The notes under the pieces were generated by a model that saw only the letters and a list, made by a program, of their open reading frames with translations, did no database searches and had not been told where the DNA came from. Positions 59,919 to 64,000 of a stretch of DNA of 64,000 nucleotides are shown here, one piece after another. The stretch is taken from positions 64,001-128,000 of the IMG/VR virus record IMGVR_UViG_3300031918_000005; one strand, given 5' to 3'. Position numbers and translations under genes: made by a program. Numbering within the stretch: the first letter of the stretch is position 1; every line of letters begins with the position of its first letter. The stretch is from a virus.

Positions 59919-61058
59919 ATGACAATACCACCAATTAATATAGTTATAGGCGATTTACATTTTGGTAGATATAGCAATGATTTGAAAGAACTCGAAATTT
60001 CAATACAATACTTCAAAAACTTTATTTTCCCAATGTTAAAAGAACTCAACGAAAAATTTGGTAAAGAAAATATTGGTGTCATACAAATTGGTGATATTTA
60101 TGATAATCGTTCATTGATATCGACCGAAATACAAGATTCTATACTTGATATATTTGAAGAAATGGCTGAAGAAAATCTTGTTATTGCTGATACTGGAAAC
60201 CATGACAAATTTAATCAATTAATCACAACAAGTCGTATTATATCATATATTAAAAACTGTAAAACTGTAAACAAACCTACAAGATTTACAACAGCAAACG
60301 GAAAAACAATTTCTATGATTCCAGCTATGGAAACCAAAGAAAAATTTTTGGAAGCTATATCAAAAGATGAACCAGCTGATTATATGTTTGGTCATGATGA
60401 TATCGCTGGATTTTCGCACGAAGGTATTATGGTAACAGAAGAAAAATCAATAAATATCAAAGAATTGTCAAAATATGGTCATGCTATATTAGGCCATATA
60501 CATAAAGCACAAGCAAAAGGTAATATAACATATGTTGGTTCTGCTTATCATACACGAAAAAATGAATGGGAGAATTCACCACATATAATGGTTATTAATT
60601 TGGATACTTCAAAATATAATTTTATTAAAAATATAATTTCTCCAAAATATGTTAACATATATGTTGATGATTTGCTGGAAATGACTGTTGATGAAGCTAA
60701 TGAAGCAATTAAAAACAATAAGGTGTCTATATTTGTTGATGACTTCAACAAAATAAACACAACTAAAATATCAGAATTCCTGACTGGTCAATATTCCCTG
60801 AAATATGAACAAAAAGTAGGCAAAATATATTCACAAAACGAAGTTGATAATAATTCATATGATGAGAATATAAAATATGAAACAGTTGATGATATCAAGA
60901 AAACTATAATCGAATATATAGAATCAAACGATTCATTCATTATTGATAAACAAATGATTGCAATCAGCACAAAAGCAAAAGAAACATTAATAACAAAACT
61001 TAATAATTTGTATAATGCTTCGAAAGATAAAGTTAAGATGATTGATGATAACAACTAA
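59919..61058 (+). CDS. SbcD/Mre11-like nuclease (T4 gp47)
   Basis: GDLHFG, GDIYDNR, GNHD, FGH, LGHIH, YVGS; start reassigned to MTIPP. Confidence 0.9.
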   Translation: MTIPPINIVIGDLHFGRYSNDLKELEISIQYFKNFIFPMLKELNEKFGKENIGVIQIGDIYDNRSLISTEIQDSILDIFEEMAEENLVIADTGNHDKFNQLITTSRIISYIKNCKTVNKPTRFTTANGKTISMIPAMETKEKFLEAISKDEPADYMFGHDDIAGFSHEGIMVTEEKSINIKELSKYGHAILGHIHKAQAKGNITYVGSAYHTRKNEWENSPHIMVINLDTSKYNFIKNIISPKYVNIYVDDLLEMTVDEANEAIKNNKVSIFVDDFNKINTTKISEFLTGQYSLKYEQKVGKIYSQNEVDNNSYDENIKYETVDDIKKTIIEYIESNDSFIIDKQMIAISTKAKETLITKLNNLYNASKDKVKMIDDNN

Positions 61059-61440
61059 ACAACTAAATATTATGCAAAAGCTAATTAAAGTTTTCATAAA
61101 CCTAAAAAACAACTTACAACTTCAAAAATCTTATAACGAACTTGATAAATTGTATAATGAGCAATATTTTTCAGAAATGAAGAAAAATATTGATACTATA
61201 ATTTCTGAACTTACAGAAGGTAAAATTAACAGAGATAATATTTCTGTTAAACCAATCGAATATAAATCTTTGATTGAAGAACTTATTGAAAAAAGGAAAA
61301 AGATTGAGGATTTTAACGATAAAAATTCTACTACTGAAAGAGCTAAAATAACATCATATATTGATTTGTTAACTCATGTTATTGAAATTTTCAATTCTGA
61401 AATAGGTGAACAACTGAAAGATAAATATACACAAAATTAA
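61042..61440 (+). CDS. Hypothetical helical protein
   Basis: 132 aa between gp47 and the purZ-like gene. Confidence 0.55.
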   Translation: MMITTKQLNIMQKLIKVFINLKNNLQLQKSYNELDKLYNEQYFSEMKKNIDTIISELTEGKINRDNISVKPIEYKSLIEELIEKRKKIEDFNDKNSTTERAKITSYIDLLTHVIEIFNSEIGEQLKDKYTQN

Positions 61441-61452
61441 TATTGAATTAAA

Positions 61453-62853
61453 ATGAAACATTCACAAACGACTTTTAATTATTTCTTTGCAGAAGGAAAA
61501 ATAAGTTTCTTACTTGATGGGTTTGCAGGCTCGAGTGGTAAAGGACTTTTATCATCTAACATTGTTAAAAATAGCACAAATTGTAATTTTGCTATTTCAA
61601 CAAATGGTCAAAATGCATCACATTATTATGAGGAAAAATTTCCTGATGGTTCTGAAAAAATCATTTTGTTCAAAGTACTTCCAACATCTTCTGTTTATCA
61701 TAAAAAGCTTGATGCCGTTTATGTGTGTCAAGGAGCAGCATTTGAACCAAAAAGACTTCTTGAGGAAATAGAACTTACTGGTATTCCAAGACATAAAGTG
61801 AGAATTCATTATAAAGCTGGTATTATATCTCAACAAGACAGAGATTTTGAATCTGGTGTTTGTGATTATGAAGGTAATATTAATAAAGAACGACAAAAGG
61901 GTACTGTAACTTCGGGTACTACAGCAAGTGGTGCTGGTGCTGTTCGTGCTAAAAAATGTATGCGTAATCCAGACCAAAAAATTTACGCTTATGAATACCC
62001 TGAATTACAGGAGTTTTTATGTGATACGGAAAGAGAAATCATGTATAGACTTGATTCAGGCCAATCTGGTCTTTTCGAAATCGCTCAAGGTTTTGCACTT
62101 TCTTATGGTTTATCATACAGCAAAAGAAATACAACTGCTCGAAACTGCTCGATAACTGCTGCTATCGATGATGCTATGATTGCACCTTTTTATATTGGTA
62201 ATGTTTTTATTAATTTAAGAACACATCCTATCAAGATAAACAATATGAAATGGGTATTGAAAGGTGATGTTCCATATTATGTAACTGCTGAATTATCTTT
62301 AGCTGAAGCTAAAGCAAGATTCGAAGAAAGACTTTTCAATTTTGTTGATAACGGTATAGTAATAACAGTTATTACTAAAAAAGATATATTTTTAACTGGT
62401 TTTGATTTAGAAAAATATCCCGAAATACCATATGAAGTTGTTGATTCTTATTCAGGTGATTGGTATCGTAATGGTTGGGAAAAACCTGAAACACAAGAAG
62501 AATTGACTTGGGAACAAGTTGAGGAACAATATGGTGATAAAATAAACAAAAAAGCTATTTATACATCACTTACATTAATGCCAAGAAGAGTTGGAAGCTT
62601 TTCTACAGAACTCCTTGAAGATTCAATTAGATACAATATGCCACCAAGTGGTTACAAGGTTTATCTTTCATTAAATTTCTGTAACTGGCTTGATAAAGAA
62701 ATTGAAGGCAAAACAGAAGTTCAAGATATAACAGAAAAAGTTGAAAATTGGATTAATAAAAATATTGATTCTGTTGTTTTAAATTTTAAAGGTAGTGTAA
62801 AACTTGCTATACTTGGAACTGGTAAATGGGTTGATGAATTTATCCAAGTATAA
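61453..62853 (+). CDS. purZ: Adenylosuccinate-synthetase-family enzyme with PurZ (2-amino-dAMP pathway) signatures
   Basis: GSSGKG instead of PurA GDEGKG; NASH; EIAQGF.LS; RT.PI; SG.WY....QEELTWE; TLMPRRV; LNFCNW instead of TKLD. Confidence 0.72.
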   Translation: MKHSQTTFNYFFAEGKISFLLDGFAGSSGKGLLSSNIVKNSTNCNFAISTNGQNASHYYEEKFPDGSEKIILFKVLPTSSVYHKKLDAVYVCQGAAFEPKRLLEEIELTGIPRHKVRIHYKAGIISQQDRDFESGVCDYEGNINKERQKGTVTSGTTASGAGAVRAKKCMRNPDQKIYAYEYPELQEFLCDTEREIMYRLDSGQSGLFEIAQGFALSYGLSYSKRNTTARNCSITAAIDDAMIAPFYIGNVFINLRTHPIKINNMKWVLKGDVPYYVTAELSLAEAKARFEERLFNFVDNGIVITVITKKDIFLTGFDLEKYPEIPYEVVDSYSGDWYRNGWEKPETQEELTWEQVEEQYGDKINKKAIYTSLTLMPRRVGSFSTELLEDSIRYNMPPSGYKVYLSLNFCNWLDKEIEGKTEVQDITEKVENWINKNIDSVVLNFKGSVKLAILGTGKWVDEFIQV

Positions 62854-62872
62854 TAATTAACATAAATAATAC

Positions 62873-62910
62873 TTTATTGGGGATAATTGTTTTTTATTAT
62901 CCCCAATAAA
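62873..62910 (+). terminator. Terminator hairpin after the purZ-like gene
   Basis: tttattggggataat / attatccccaataaa. Confidence 0.65.
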
Positions 62911-62935
62911 CATATTTAAATAATAAAAAACAATT

Positions 62936-63733
62936 ATGTCCGATACTTTTAATAACGAAATGACTGTGACCAAGAACTATGATGATATATTCTTGAGGTC
63001 TATTATTGTTGCTATTTCTGCATTTATGACTAACATTATAACATTTAAAAGATATAGAAATAATACTCTTGAAGTTGTTGAATGCCCAGTGATGTATTCT
63101 GTAACTGGTGACCAAAGGTTTATAACAGATTTATTTTTGGATTCACATCAATACCCATATAGTGGTGAAAAACCAAAAGCTGATGGCAATTATAATAAAA
63201 TTCCATCAGGTGTTTTCACTATAACAGAAGCTGGTTTACAAAATCAAAATGTTAGTGGTGGTAATGAGAGATTAAAATACTTCATTGATGAACAAAATGA
63301 ACATGGTATAACACCACAAGTACCATACACAGCGAGAGGTGCTTGGTTCCCTGAAACATTTAAGATGGAACTTGAAATAAGAACTGCTTCAGAAAATGAA
63401 AGACTTAAAATATATGATGTTATAATAGAAACTTTATATAAGGTTAGAAAAACATATATCAACGATTATAAAGGTTTCAAAAAGATACCGTTAACATTGT
63501 CGTTTCCTGAAAGTCAAGAAATAAAAAGGAATTTTACATTTACTATGAATTCTCAAGATAAATTACCGTCATTAAAATTAACGCTTGAAGTTCATACTAA
63601 AAGACCTATTGTTGATTATTCCACAGCTATCAAACTTGATAACAAAATCAAAACTGTAACTGTTCAAGGTTCTGCTAAAACTTCTTCTGCTAATAAAGAA
63701 CCTTTGAATAATATAACAATTGGAGAACAATAA
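62936..63733 (+). CDS. Tail sheath stabilizer/terminator (T4 gp15-like)
   Basis: FLRSIIVA, VECPVMYS...QRF, KIPSG, P....MELEI. Confidence 0.7.
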   Translation: MSDTFNNEMTVTKNYDDIFLRSIIVAISAFMTNIITFKRYRNNTLEVVECPVMYSVTGDQRFITDLFLDSHQYPYSGEKPKADGNYNKIPSGVFTITEAGLQNQNVSGGNERLKYFIDEQNEHGITPQVPYTARGAWFPETFKMELEIRTASENERLKIYDVIIETLYKVRKTYINDYKGFKKIPLTLSFPESQEIKRNFTFTMNSQDKLPSLKLTLEVHTKRPIVDYSTAIKLDNKIKTVTVQGSAKTSSANKEPLNNITIGEQ

Positions 63734-63734
63734 A

Positions 63735-64000
63735 ATGTCTGATATAAAGATAATTAAAATACCATCACAACCAATAGAACAAACCTTATCACAACCATAC
63801 AAGACCGATACGGTCGGTTACTTTGTGAATGTTCTTGATGGTAAATCTAAGGCATCAAAAAGAAAATTTAATTTTCCAAGTAAAAAAGCTGCTGGTGATT
63901 TCTATAAAGAAAATGCTGGTAAATGGAGAATAGATTTTTCTGATATGTCTGGAAATCCTATGCCACAAACTGAATCTTTACTTTTTGATTCTCAAAAAGA
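63735..64000 (+). CDS. Partial hypothetical protein (runs off window end)
   Basis: ATG at 63735, MSDIKIIKIPSQPIEQ..., open to the end. Confidence 0.5.
   Translation, partial: MSDIKIIKIPSQPIEQTLSQPYKTDTVGYFVNVLDGKSKASKRKFNFPSKKAAGDFYKENAGKWRIDFSDMSGNPMPQTESLLFDSQK

Noticed and set aside
61453-62853. Ordinary PurA auxiliary metabolic gene
   Set aside because: Lacks the catalytic Asp of GDEGKG and the TKLD GTP motif; not fully excluded without phylogeny
1004-63802. Many short antisense or nested ORFs in the track (e.g. 22689-23123, 31274-31666, 34907-35446, 47180-47602)
   Set aside because: Shadow ORFs opposite or inside well-supported genes, with Ser/Ile/Phe-rich antisense composition
1-64000. 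Stop-codon reassignment as in Lak or some crAss-like phages
   Set aside because: Core genes are full length in the standard code and coding density is high; the terL and polB breaks are explained by true gene splitting
1-64000. tRNA/rRNA genes, DatZ/MazZ, reverse transcriptase/DGR
   Set aside because: No cloverleaf/T-loop, HD-dATPase, MazG-like or RT motifs were recognised by eye in this window; they may exist elsewhere in the genome

Overview
A 64-kb segment of a very AT-rich (roughly 25% GC by eye, not computed) T4-like jumbo myophage genome in the standard genetic code. The host is probably an anaerobic Bacteroidota member, judging from a DUF4494-like gene and a B12-dependent class II RNR. 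T4 core genes are present but scrambled: rnh, gp2, gp4, portal gp20, gp13/14/15, tail tube gp19, gp53, gp41, UvsX/W/Y, gp46 and gp47 about 10 kb apart on opposite strands, gp55, and only the C-terminal half of the family B polymerase. There are also nucleotide enzymes (ThyA, dNMP kinase, NrdJ, PurB and a PurA-family enzyme with PurZ signatures) and two related homing-type endonucleases. Main observations: (1) The large terminase is fragmented. The N-terminal gene stops at Walker A in a short split-intein N-half, and 18 kb away is a free-standing ORF made only of an intein C-half fused directly (HN|C) to a second intein N-half with no extein, suggesting a protein-splicing relay/adaptor. (2) A PurZ-type enzyme plus phage-encoded PurB suggests 2-aminoadenine (Z) DNA in a PolB jumbo phage. 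(3) Three sigma54-type (-24/-12) promoters are present, one driving an ECF-sigma/MORN fusion. (4) Several small unrelated proteins share an MKKLK[VIA]FE leader resembling a capsid-targeting sequence. (5) There is a dispersed ~42-bp post-stop-codon element and two candidate structured ncRNAs. All calls come from manual motif reading; no searches were run.
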